A stretch of 60,360 nt of DNA, from positions 116,339,375 to 116,399,734 of the forward strand of contig NC_068986.1 in assembly GCF_001194135.2 (NCBI RefSeq). Direction: 5' to 3'. This document shows, in pieces, positions 24,214-36,103 of this stretch. Numbering within the stretch: the stretch's first letter is position 1; each line of letters starts with the position of its first letter. A program made the translations under genes and the position numbers. The DNA is from Octopus bimaculoides (Eukaryota). The notes under the pieces are model-generated. The model was not told where the DNA came from, ran no database searches, and saw nothing but the letters and a program-made list of their open reading frames with translations.

Positions 24214-24534
24214 GGTCTTCTTTCTCATAGAGTTCGGTGTTACCGTGTATCAAAGCTGTCTACAGTAACCTACTCGTCATGACAAGGTTTGATGTGTTAC
24301 TTTAAATAGTAAGTTATGTTTAAATTGTATGCTCGCATTCATACATACGTTCCGAAAACAATGATTTAGGAAAGCATTACAATGCAACATCGACCAGATT
24401 AACTATGAGAACAAAAGGCTGAAGCCTTTACTTTAAAACTTTTAATTATCCTGATATTTCGGGCAACTTGTTTGTCGTCATCAACTGAAGAACGTCGTCT
24501 TCGTCATATATATATATATAAACAAAACAAAAAA

Positions 24535-24593
24535 TGGAGCCGACCAAAGCCTTTTGAGTGGATTTGGTAGACGGAAACTGAAAGAAGCCCGTC

Positions 24594-24651
<58 letters not shown>

Positions 24652-24900
24652 NNNNNNNNNNTGTGTGTGTGTGTATATATATATATGTGTGTGTGTGTAT
24701 ATATATATATATGTGTGTGTGTGTATATATATATGTGTGTGTGTGTGTATATATATATGTGTGTGTGTGTGTGTCCTTCTACTATCGCTTGGTGTGTTTA
24801 GCGGTTCGGCACAAGAAACAAATAGAATAAGTACTAGGCTTCCAAAGAATAAGTTCTGGGGTCGATTTGTTCGACTAAAGGCGGTGTTTCAACATCACCT
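24535..24900 (+). mobile_element. SINE family A, 5'-truncated, with expanded internal microsatellite and a 10-N gap
   Basis: ccgaccaaagcctt..gagtggatttggtagacggaaactgaaagaagcccgtcgt...aataagtactaggcttccaaagaataag. Confidence 0.8.
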
Positions 24901-25364
24901 TAACGCGTTGTGATGCGTTAGTCTAAATAGTAGACGATAGTAATGTTTTCATAGTATAGGCAAGAAGAAACAGCGTAGGGATGAAAAAGAGTTCTTGGAG
25001 TATTGTGGTGGTTGGTATTATCTTAATATTTCAGGGGCCAATTGATTGCTTTGTGGTTATTCAAGGTCCATTCGGTATTAGAAATCCATTATGTGTTCTC
25101 CAATTTTCGGATGGTCTATGTTTGTCTCGGCCGATAAAAAAAAAATTTGTGGCATCGTCATCGTCTATAAACACCAGACCATGACACGCAGTGAGTGCAT
25201 AGATAATTTTATATACTAATTGCCGCTAGAAACACGGATCTATGTCCAGAGTGTGTATGCGTGTGCGTGTGTGTGTGTCTCGTCTTTCTTCTTTTTTTTT
25301 GCATTTCATTGAAATGCAAAAATTTGCGCACGAAAATATTTTATAGTAATAACTACGAAATATT

Positions 25365-25418
<54 letters not shown>

Positions 25419-25474
25419 NNNNNNNNNNNNNNNNNNNNNNNNNNNNNNNNNNCATGCATACATGCATTCATACA

Positions 25475-25507
<33 letters not shown>

Positions 25508-25544
25508 GTGTGTGTGTGTGGGTGCGTGTGTGTGTGAGTGTGTG

Positions 25545-25865
25545 TGAAGGCGCATGGTTAAATGGTTAGAGCGTCGAGGTTGTGAGTTCGATTCCCGGAC
25601 CGGGCTGTGTGTTGTGTTCTTGAGCAAGACACTTTATTCCACGTTGCTCCAGTTCACTCAGCTGTAGAAATGAGTTGCAACGTCACAGGTGCCAAGCTGT
25701 ACCGGCCCCTTTGCCTTTCCCTTAGATATCATCGGTGACATTAAGAGAGGAAGCTGGTATGCATGGGCGACTGCTAGCCTTCCACAAAACAGTCTTGCCC
25801 AGACTTGTGCCTCGGAGAGTGACTTTCTAGGCGCGATCCCATGGTCATTCACGACTGAAGGGGGT
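25545..25865 (+). mobile_element. SINE family G (tRNA head, CORE/V-like centre, distinct tail)
   Basis: ggcgcatggttaaatggttagag...gagttcgattcccgg...gtgttcttgagcaagacactttat...cactcagctgtagaaatgagt. Confidence 0.75.
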
Positions 25866-25891
25866 CTCCTCCTCCTCCTCCTCCTCGCCAT

Positions 25892-25935
<44 letters not shown>

Positions 25936-26003
25936 TATGGATAGACAGACAGACAGATAGAGAGAGAGATAGGTATGTATATATGCGTCTATGTTTGTAT
26001 ATA

Positions 26004-26778
26004 TGAGGGTTTATACCCCAAAAACCGGAATTTTGCAATATTATTTTATTCACTTAGCTTTACATATCTACACTTGTATCGCCTTCATAGTATTCTCCAT
26101 TTGAAGCAATGCATCGGTCCAGACGCCTTTTCCACTATTCAAACCAGTCTTGGAACCATCGCGAAGTGATACCTTTTATTGCCTCCGTCAATTTTATTTT
26201 CCATCTCTTCCACATCTGCAAATTCCGTAGCATCAGCTTTCATTACCAGTGATGACCTTAAAAAAAAAAGGTCTAGATCGACTTTCAACTGTTCTTTCAG
26301 TTCACAACATGCATTCACTCGTGCCTCGCCCCGAGCCCCAGGACACACCAATCATATCAACAAGTTCTTCAATTATTCATTGACGATCCTCCACGATCAG
26401 TTCATGAATTTACATAATGTCTTCATTCTTTCGGGAGGTCGACGGTCATCCTGAACGAGGTTGGTCCTCAAGCAACAAGGGACCATTCCTAAAGCGTGAA
26501 AATCATTCGTAAACTTGTATTTTGCTCATAGCAGCGTCCTTGTAAGTTGTTTGAAGCATGACGACTGTTTCGGCCGCCGTTTTCCCCAGCGGAAGCACGC
26601 TGTTCCTTCGTTTCAGCCATCGCAAAAATCGACAAACAGGGGAGAAGCGCTGCAAAACAAAGACGCACCACGTGGCACTTCGGCATCAGTCGACGACGCC
26701 TGTCGGAAGACTGATGCCTGAGGGTTGCGTCAAGTGGCTTCTAGAGAACGTTTCCGGTTACTTTTAGGTACCTTTACG
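26004..26778 (-). mobile_element. Internally deleted Tc1/mariner transposon (mariner transposase pseudogene)
   Basis: N-terminus MAETKEQRA...TAAETVVMLQTTYKDAAMSKIQVYE*FSRFRNG..LEDQPRSG; remnant of the KVITG(D)ES motif; C-terminus WKRRLDRCIASNGEYYEGD. Degenerate TIRs share AACCGGAA. Confidence 0.85.
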
Positions 26779-27050
26779 AATGTTTGTACATCTGTATATA
26801 ATTGAAATAGACATACATGCATATATACATACACCTGGATATCTAGTCTGTCATTCACCTCTCTCTCTTCTCTCTCTCTCTCTCTCTCACTCTCTCTCTC
26901 TCTCTCTATCTCTATCTATCTATCTATCTATTAATTTATCTCTATATGTGTATACATGTATGTATTTATATTTGCAGGTATATATAGGAATGTATGTGCG
27001 TGTTTATGTATATTTATATATACACCTATATACATCATATGAGTATGGAA

Positions 27051-27098
<48 letters not shown>

Positions 27099-27802
27099 GT
27101 ATATATTTATATATGTGTGTATATATGTGTGTTTATATATACATATATATATGTGTGTATGTTTCCATACTTATATGATGTATATGGGTGTATATATAAA
27201 TATACATAAACACGCACATACATTCCTATATATATATATTCCTATATATATATATATATATANNNNNNNNNNNNNNNNNNNNNNNNNNNNNNNNNNNNNN
27301 NNNNNNNNNNNNNNNNNNNNNNNNNNNNNNNNNNNNNNNNNNNNNNNNNNNNNNNNNNNNNNNNNNNNNNNNNNNNNNNNNNNNNNNNNNNNNNNNNNNN
27401 NNNNNNNNNNNNNNNNNNNNNNNNNNNNNNNNNNNNNNNNNNNNNNNNNNNNNNNNNNNNNNNNNNNNNNNNNNNNNNNNNNNNNNNNNNNNNNNNNNNN
27501 NNNNNNNNNNNNNNNNNNNNNNNNNNNNNNNNNNNNNNNNNNNNNNNNNNNNNNNNNNNNNNNNNNNNNNNNNNNNNNNNNNNNNNNNNNNNNNNNNNNN
27601 NNNNNNNNNNNNNNNNNNNNNNNNNNNNNNNNNNNNNNNNNNNNNNNNNNNNNNNNNNNNNNNNNNNNNNNNNNNNNNNNNNNNNNNNNNNNNNNNNNNN
27701 NNNNNNNNNNNNNNNNNNNNNNNNNNNNNNNNNNNNNNNNNNNNNNNNNNNNNNNNNNNNNNNNNNNNNNNNNNNNNNNNNNNNNNNNNNNNNNNNNNNN
27801 NN

Positions 27803-27858
<56 letters not shown>

Positions 27859-28039
27859 GTAAATAAACACTTCCCAAAATATCGAGAAAATATTTTCATG
27901 CAAAATCTATCAATGTGCTCGATAAAATGAAACGATTAATATCAGTGCTTTGTATACGCTTATATATATATACACACATGAGTTCTCTATATACCCTTAT
28001 ACATACATATATACGTACGAACGTATATGTATGTGAGTA

Positions 28040-28295
28040 CTCCCGTGCCGGTGGCACGTGAAAAGCACCATTCGAGCGTGGTCGATGCCAGTACCACTTG
28101 ACTGGCCCACGTGCCGGTGGCACGTAAAAAGCTCCCATTACACTCTCGGAGTGGTTGGCTTTTGGAAGGGCATCCAGCTGTAGAAACCTTGCCAGAACAA
28201 TTTGGAGCCTGGTGCAGCTTTCTGGCTTGACAGTCCTCAGTCAAACCGCCCAACCCATGCCAGCATGGAAAGCGGACGTTAAACGATGATAATGA
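28040..28295 (+). mobile_element. SINE family D
   Basis: Two cgtgccggtggcacgt.aaaagc units, ggaagggcatccagctgtagaaac, tail ccagcatggaaagcggacgttaaacgatgat. Confidence 0.7.
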
Positions 28296-28334
28296 TACTT
28301 ATATGTATTATTATAGATATGTACATGTATCTAT

Positions 28335-28490
28335 GTATGGCTGTGGCTATGTGGTTAGCCGATTGCTTCCCAACCACATGGTTCCAGGTTCAGTCCCACC
28401 GCGTGGCATCTTGGGTAAGTATCTTCTACTATGGCCTCGGCCTGACCAATGCCTTGTAAGCGGATTTGGCATATGGAAACTGAAAAAATC
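28335..28490 (+). mobile_element. SINE family A, 5' half
   Basis: ggctatgtggttag..ttgcttcccaaccacatggttccaggttcagtccca...cttgggtaagtatcttctact. Confidence 0.8.
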
Positions 28491-29014
28491 CTTTAAAGGA
28501 GAGATAATATCCATCTATCTATCTATCTACCTATCTACAGCCTTGATTATACTAAGCTGTGTGTATACAAGTCGTTCCTCCGCGTTTCTCGTTCTTGGCC
28601 AGTAGCTTTAGGTGAATGATTTTATTCTATTCTTCATCACTATACCCGTATGAACCCACAATCACATGTGTGCGTGTGTGTAGTAATGTGTGTTTGCGTG
28701 TGTACGTCTGGCCTTTGTGTGTGTCCGCTTGTATTTATTAGATACTCAGGCCAAGCAAAGAATTTCTTCTCGGTTAGACAGTGGGTTCAAATTAGCAGTC
28801 CTTCGCATCACACCCTGCTGTTTGAAATGAATAAATAAATAAAAATGGGATGTTCATGGTTGAAATTTGTTTCGGTCAAAGGTCTGCTGGAAGAACATGT
28901 TAGACTTCAAGCTCAACAGCAGCAACAATAACAACACCATCATCAACAGGATCACCAATAAATCCTGTTATGAAGACTCTTGTCATAACGCTCTTTCCAT
29001 GTTTCTTGTTACAG

Positions 29015-29186
29015 ATGTTGTTCACTGCTCTGCGAGATTCCGACTGTGACGTCAACTGTACGAACATTAGAAGGAAGACGTTGTGTGCATCCGATGGTTT
29101 ATCTTACCAAACCCGTTGTGATATTCAGCGGGCTCTTCAATGTAAGAACTGGACCGTTGGCACCGATCACAGGCGGCCCTGCCCAA
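29015..29186 (+). CDS. SMOC: Kazal/follistatin-like domain exon of a SMOC-like (SPARC-related modular calcium-binding) secreted protein
   Basis: Acceptor ctctttccatgtttcttgttacag and donor CCAA/gtaagc (phase 0 to phase 1). Peptide MLFTALRDSDCDVNCTNIRRKTLCASDGLSYQTRCDIQRALQCKNWTVGTDHRRPCP has Cys spacing 3-8-10-7-12, versus 3-8-10-6-12 recalled for human SMOC1, with CASDG-SY and QRA motifs. The exon could instead start at ATG 28970. Confidence 0.75.
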
Positions 29187-29322
29187 GTAAGCAAATACAA
29201 CTTCCTTTCTTTCACCGTTCTTTTCTCTTCTATCTTTCTCCTCCTTATTTCTCGTATTCCACTTTCTTATTTACTGACATCATTAAAACAACCACCACCA
29301 CATTCACCTACCGTGTCACTTC

Positions 29323-29354
<32 letters not shown>

Positions 29355-30999
29355 CAATAACAACAACAACAACACGTCTATCATTCACAATACTACTGAC
29401 ACTCTGCCATCATTTTATGTATGTGTTTTTGTTACTTGTTATGTTGAATCTATAAGAGAACACTCCACAATTCGCCCATTAAGCTGTATACGAACGCGGC
29501 TGTTGAACTCTTTGCATCTCTCCTGTAATAAACTAGAAATTATAAAGACAGAATATTCATTATATTCATTTAAAGACAATATTTATTAAACGATTGTCTT
29601 AGATATTTTCTCAGGTGCTAATGAACCATTATAAGCTTGCGTTGGTTTGTGTACCCTTGAGTTGCTAACAAGACCAGCTTTTTAGAAAGATTAGCTCGGC
29701 TACAATGTGAAGGGTCGAAGGGATTATTGATATCTATGGAATTTTCTTTTCTTGTGTCTCGTTTCAGATTTGCGTGTTTAAAGCGATTCTCTTCAAATTG
29801 CTTGGCCTCATTGGGTGTATATTTTTCCATGATGCCCTATTAACTGCATGTTTTTCTCATAGGGTCCTTTTTCAGTCCATTGGTTCTCCATAGGATAGAC
29901 GCTTTGGAATATTCCCATCTTCCACACAAACCAAATGATCTCCCCAACATCAGCCTGCTACGTCGCAAATGAGCTTCTATGCTTACAGCAGTTGCTAACT
30001 CGAAAATGTCAGACATCACTTAGATATTCACTCTAAGACATACAAGGAAATTTTGTCGAAGACGCTTCTACTGAAAACGCTTCCAACTGTTTAACATATT
30101 TCGAATAGTCTTCGGTTAGTTCCGATCCGCAGGCTTACGACCAAAGCCATGCTAACCGTCGTGCTCAGTATACAATATTTAAGACCACATTAATATATCC
30201 TTCCTACTATAGGGACAAAGCCTAAAATTTTGAGGGATGGAGTTAGTTGATTACGTCGACCGCAGTACCCAACTCGTACTTATCTTATCGACCCCGGTAT
30301 TTGAATTCAGAACGTACAGACAGACAAAATGGCGTTATGCATTTTGTCGGTGTGCTAACGATTATACTAGCATGATGTCTTAGACTAGATTAATATATAA
30401 TTCTCTTATTTAAGAATATGATTGAGGAAGATTTGGTTGCTATTTCTACCAGACTGAGTGATCACATAGAGGCTTCTGCGTTGGTTTGTGTTGCTGTGGT
30501 TATGCTGTCCTTATTGATGATGATATGCTTGTTGTTGCTGACGATGTTGCTTTTGTTTTTATTATTATTGCTGTTGTTTTTATTGTTGACGTTGTTGTTG
30601 CTCGTGACGTTGATGTTATTGTTATTGCTGTTGTTGTTGAAATTGTCAATGCCTACACTACCCGCCGTCCTACCCACATCACTCCCCACCAACAATTCTT
30701 TAATAAATTCATGTGTAACGGTTTAGCTGGGACAATCCAGCCACCTCCATTGATTAAACGGCAGAAATAATTAATATTGATGAAGGGGAATGAGAAAGCA
30801 GAGAGGAGAAGAAGATAAGTCTGACAAATAGATTTTAATTAAATATTTATTATTGTTGCTGTATAGTCAGAGAACGGTCTTTGAAAAGGGCAATTGCCCT
30901 TCGTATCCAGGGTGACCATGAATCTGTTGTACTCCTCTATTAGTCATAGATGAAATTCGTTTTGTATCATAAGGATATCATCATCATTATTAGTAGTAG

Positions 31000-33300
31000 T
31001 ATACCATGTCTACTTATATTTCATGGCTGTTTTGTTAATCATTCGATTTTCTCTCAAACTCAATCATTGGTCATATAGAGAAAGGTTTTCTTACCTTTCT
31101 TTAATCGCAGTATTCTGTAGCCTCATTGTTGCTGAGGTTTTGATCTTTTCCCAATTTCTGCTGCTCGTTCTCCCTTTTCTGTCCTTTCAACCTCTGTTTT
31201 ATGTGTCTTGGCTTCCTTGAAGACAGAAATTTGTTTTGTTCGTGTTTTGTAACGATTTTTTGTATTAGTCTCCTGTTATACCTAAATATTTATGTAGTTC
31301 TAAAATAGATATTTTATGATAGTTTCTTGTTACATGAAGCCTAACTCCCTAAATATAATCATTTTATGTGAGATTTTAAGGGGTACATTGTAAACGCATT
31401 TATTAATTTTAGCGTTGGAGCATCTTGAGCGCTGGTACCTAGAGTGCCTTCTATCTAATTTTTTGCACCTTGCTTTAAGTTATAATCTTGTGCGTGTATA
31501 TTATTCTTTCATTATATTTGCTTTCATTGATTCCTAAGTATCTGTTTGCACCTCTTTGTGGTAATTCTCTCATATAAGCTTCTATAGTATTCCTAATTTT
31601 CCTCCCATGAAAGTTCTTTTGCTGTATTTCAGTAATCTGAATCTCGTATCACTTTCTCTAAAAACCATGTACTCTCTGCTGTAGTGTTTCTACTTGTTTA
31701 TTATATGCAGCATACAGTTTGAGGTCGTCCACATACAAATGATGGTTGATTGTGTTATTGTAGCATTCGTATGCAAGTCCAGTTTGATTTAACCCGTCGG
31801 TTAGAGGTATGGAGAGGAATCCCTTTCGAATTTTATAATTCTAATAAATTTTTTTAAAGGTCCTTCTTTTATTTTTCTCTACAAAATTGGCTGTTTGTGA
31901 TTCTTGACGTGTTTCATGTGTCTTCCCATGACAAGTGGTACCTTACTGTTAATGTTTCCTGAGAGCATTTGTGAGAAACACTGTCAAAAGCTTTCTGGGA
32001 TTCATCCAATGACATACTCAGATCTTTCTCCTCTCGTTCTTCGATTATGGTTTTGTTGATCAGTAATTGATCTTTACAGCCATATACACTTTGGCAGCAT
32101 TCTTACTAGTCTTCTGGGAAGGGAACAAGTTTTCCCCTTTATTTATCCAGCAGTATTATTGCATTTAAAGCTTTACAGGATGCAGTAAGTCATGTTATGG
32201 GTCTTTAAGTTTTGAGTGGCTATTTTTATATTTCTTCAGTCTTGATAATTAACATGGTTTCACCTCAATGAACCAGTAAAGAGCTACTTCCGGTCCATAT
32301 TTTAAAGAGAAATTTGGAATAATAACATGTCGTTGTGTCTTTTAATTTTACAACGTTTGCGTCACTTCTTCTGTTGCTAAGCTTTGCTCCCCCACCTCAG
32401 ATATTATATTCATCGTTTGGAACATTCTCGTCTGAGATGATTCTTTCCATGTCCATACTATTCCTCCAAATTCTTCTACATATCTTGTTGTTGCATTGAT
32501 ATCTACGTTATTTTTACCAGGTTCTTGATATAATCTGTTTTGTTCAAAGAATCCTTGTGGATTTCGCTATCGACAAATTCTTTGCGATTTTGGGATGATC
32601 TCTTGTTTCAGATGTTCTTTGATTTCGGATTCTTCTTTTTGATATTTTATATTTCTCTTATATTTATCTCCTCTTCCATTCTTTTGGGGTTTTTTTTCAA
32701 TTGAGTTATATTATTTTTTTAAGAACTGAGAGCGAGTTTTCTCATCTTCCCTTTTTTCCCCTATATATTAGCTTTCCATGCTGGTTGCTTTGTTCTTGAT
32801 ATTCCTTTACGTCTAGTTTTGAGAGAAAGGTATCTTCTTACCTTTCTAATTACAGTGGTTACTACATATATTATTTCATTCAGCCTGTTGATCTTATGTT
32901 TTGTGTCTGCTTTAATTAAGTCTATCAAAGCCAGGCTTGACTTTTCGTTATTGTTGCTACTTTATCGTTGAGTTACATTTTGGGGATGTAATTTCTTGAC
33001 AAAGATACTTTTTCTTTGTAATTCTTGAATTATTTCCATCTTTAAGATCTCATCATATTTCCTTCTATCATCTTATTTTTGTTTGCATTATTCTGCTTCT
33101 ATTTTTGCCGATCTACATTCTGTAAGTATTCTGCTGTTTCGTTTTGTTATGTTTTGTTATTTTCATATATTTGTGTTTTACGTTCTCAACGTTTTGGGCT
33201 TGTTACTTCCGTTGCATTCTTTCTTTTAAAAGTTCTATTTAAATTTCTGGTATTTTTCTGTTTTGAGAATGTACCCCTTAAATCATCTATTTGTGCCCGA
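31000..33300 (-). mobile_element. Long decayed R4/Dong-clade LINE ORF (N-terminal region plus RT)
   Basis: Motifs KQPAWKANI, GCKDQLLINKTIIEE, QKAFDSVSH, INHHLYVDDLKLY; many stops and frameshifts; truncated before the zinc knuckle. Confidence 0.85.
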
Positions 33301-33699
33301 GAGCGCATTTAAATTTGGCTATTTTCTCAACAAATTGTATACGAATATATTGTCGTAATTTTGTTTGGGTGGAGTAATGTCGCTGTAAATTATACATGTA
33401 CAATGAAAACGTATTCCTCCTCCCTTGTTCATGTCTGTTTTATTTGCGAGATTTGAATGGACCTTAACATCAGTTATATGTAGTAATGACCAATTCTTCA
33501 ACATTTTCAACAATTTCATCGATTTGATTTGTTGTTTAATCGTTGTTGTTGGATATTTTTCGGACCATCCAAGCAACATTCTTTTATGTTAACCGTTCTC
33601 AGCATCAGGTTGACCTCGTAATGCAATCGTTGATGCACTGAAATAACACCAAACTATCTCCGTTGCTCTCACTCGCCTCGCAAAAATCAGGTTCTTCTT

Positions 33700-33790
33700 T
33701 AAGCTTAAGAATAATTTGATTTTGGTTTTTAATTGCCACGTCTTAGACAGTTTTTCAAATTCCTTTGCTGGGATGTTTCTATCAGCAGGC
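33700..33790 (-). mobile_element. Short REL-domain fragment
   Basis: PADRNIPAKEFEKLSK resembles PCDHNIATKEFDKISK of the neighbouring element; immediately preceded by (AAT)n. Confidence 0.55.
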
Positions 33791-34002
33791 AATTATTATT
33801 ATCATTATTATGTTGCTTTTTTTTTCTTCTTTCTTCAAATTTTCTTCCATTTCTCGCCGAGTGTTTTCCATACACCTAGGGCAGAGAAACCCATTGTATG
33901 CATTCCCAGTTTACACACGCAAATTCACAGGTAAAATATGTATTAAAATAATAATAATAAAAAAACTAATAAATAAAAAAAAATCATGAATGGATGTTGT
34001 TT

Positions 34003-34445
34003 TCACAGCGATAATGTTCTTCTCAGTACATGAGTCGTTCCAGTTATCACGATTTTTTGCACTTCCTGTAGGGATGGTAAACCTGGTATCATTTTCAAAT
34101 AGGTTTCAGTACCTTTTTTTATCATTCCTAGAGATCCTACAATCACTGGTACGGTCGTCGCCTTGAGTAGCAAGTCTTTATATTTACTGATCTTGTCAAA
34201 TTCTTTCGTCGCTATATTATGGTCGCAGGGAATACTCATGTCAATTAATAAACACATCTTCTTTGTCTGATCTTTTATAATAATATCCGGTTTATTAGCT
34301 TTTATAGCCTTGCCGGCATGTACAGGGAAGTCTCAGAGAATCGATGCATTTTCTCCCTCAGTCACAGCTTCAGGATGGTGTTTATACCATTTGTCAGCGG
34401 TTTTGATTTTATAATGCCGACATATTGTCCAGTGTAAATACTGGC

Positions 34446-34447
<2 letters not shown>
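34003..34447 (-). mobile_element. 5'-truncated R4/Dong-clade LINE (REL domain)
   Basis: GQYLHWTICRHYKI..KWYKHHPEAV..IL*DFPV...NKPDIIIKDQTKKMCLLIDMSIPCDHNIATKEFDKISKYKDL...TGTTHVLRRTLSL*. Confidence 0.85.

Positions 34448-34530
<83 letters not shown>
34448..34530. repeat. (ATT)n tract between two R4-clade LINEs
   Basis: Seen directly. Confidence 0.95.
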
Positions 34531-35169
34531 GCCTTTGCACAGCTTCTAACGCTGGAGATGTACTACAGTGTCAGCTGTTCACTACCAGTGAACTAAGGTA
34601 ACACCTCTTATTTTTCGAGCACCTTCCGGAGTATTCGAGCGGTTCCAAGCAGTACTGTTTTCTGCAAGTGCTCCACCCTTATTGCAGCCCCTATTTGTTC
34701 CGTGTACTTCTCGAGATTTTTACTCACTGTTCCCCGGGTTCCGACAATTATTGATACTACTGCTTCCTTTTTCATCGACCACAACTGCTTAGCCTCCCAA
34801 GCTAACCCGTCATATCTCTGGACTTTTCTTTCTTCCTTATCGCATACCTTGTTGTCAGCTGGGCATGATATATCTATGATCCAGCATAGTTTGTTTTCTT
34901 TCTCAATTAAAACTATGTTTGGTTTCCTATTCTCTATCTCATGGTCGCACTGAATCATAAAATCCCACAGGATCTTTGCATTATCATTTTCGATGATGCC
35001 TTCGGGTTTGTGGTCGTACCAGTTTCTTGCTCTGTCAAGTCCATACTTATTGCAAAGTTTCCAATGGACAATCCTTGCTATATTGTCGTGGCGTCTCTTA
35101 TATTCCTTCTGGGCTAGTGGCGTACATTGGCTGGTAATATCCCATACGGTTTCACCCTTTTGTCCACAG
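34531..35169 (-). mobile_element. 5'-truncated R4/Dong-clade LINE (zinc-knuckle remnant, REL, 3' UTR), relatively young
   Basis: Open frame CGQKGETVWDITSQCTPLAQKEYKRRHDNIARIVHWKLC...KILWDFMIQCDHEIENRKPNIVLIEK...IIDISCP...LQKTVLLGTARILRKVLEK*. Confidence 0.9.
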
Positions 35170-35423
35170 GTTGTTGTTGTTGTTGTTGTTGTTGTTGTTA
35201 CTTACAGACTAGAAATGCATCAACTATTTCCTTTCATAAAACAAAGATGTCATTGGTTAACAAAAATGCGCAAAAATATAAGCAAAATGTAAAAAAGCGA
35301 AAATTTAATAATTTGAAAATTCAAATGTTCAGTGATGGAGATGTATAAAAATACAAAAAGTTGACAAAATCTTCACCGTTAACAAATATTATGTCAAGAA
35401 TTAGTTTAATATATCTACAGAAC

Positions 35424-35640
35424 AAGGCGGCGAGGTGGCAGAATCGTTAGCACGCCGGGCGAAATGCTTAACGGTATTTCATCTGTCTTTACGTTCTGAG
35501 CTCAAATTCTGCCGAGGTCGACTTTGCCTTTCATCCTTTCGGGGTCGATAAATCAAATACCAGTTGCGTACTGGGGTCCATCTAATCGACTGGCTACCTC
35601 CCCCAAAATTTCGGGCCTTGTGCTTAGAATAGAAAAGAAT
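35424..35640 (+). mobile_element. SINE family B, full length
   Basis: aaggcggcgaggtggcagaatcgttagcacgccgggcgaaatgc...gaggtcgactttgcctttcatcctttcggggtcgataaa... Confidence 0.85.
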
Positions 35641-36051
35641 ATACCTACGGAATGTGTCTACTCTAAGTAATTTGTCAATGTACTTAAGAGAAGTGGCTGT
35701 GTGCCACTCCGGAATGGCACATTCTTTAACCACCACTAATATATTAATCCAACAGTTAAATCCTAACAGTTTCTTGTTCGCTGCGGCACAACGTCAGCGT
35801 CATTGGATATTGCAATGAGGATTATTAATAAAACTTGTCATTTTCGTTGGCTATCTTTCATAAGCGTGCTTTCGTCCTTAGTCAGGTGTTAAAAGTCGAT
35901 ATCAGGTTTACTACAGGCAACCTGATATATATATATATGTGTATGTGTGTGTGTATGTGTGTACATACTTACATACATGCTCACATACACACACGTATAT
36001 TTATGTATGTATATTTATGTATGTATATTTATGTGTGTGTATATATATATA

Positions 36052-36103
<52 letters not shown>

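Noticed and set aside
23796-24233. Identical 150-bp direct repeat (23796-23945 and 24084-24233)
   Set aside because: Exact copies flanking an N gap; most likely a contig-overlap assembly artefact.
24440-24500. Minus-strand TTGATGA...hairpin...GAAA hammerhead-like motif
   Set aside because: No helix I pairing, C3 is mutated and helix II is mismatched; at best a dead PLE remnant.
29768-29900. Strong plus acceptor (ttttcttttcttgtgtctcgtttcag) 580 bp after the Kazal exon
   Set aside because: The phase-1 frame hits TAA after four codons, and no thyroglobulin motif appears in any frame.
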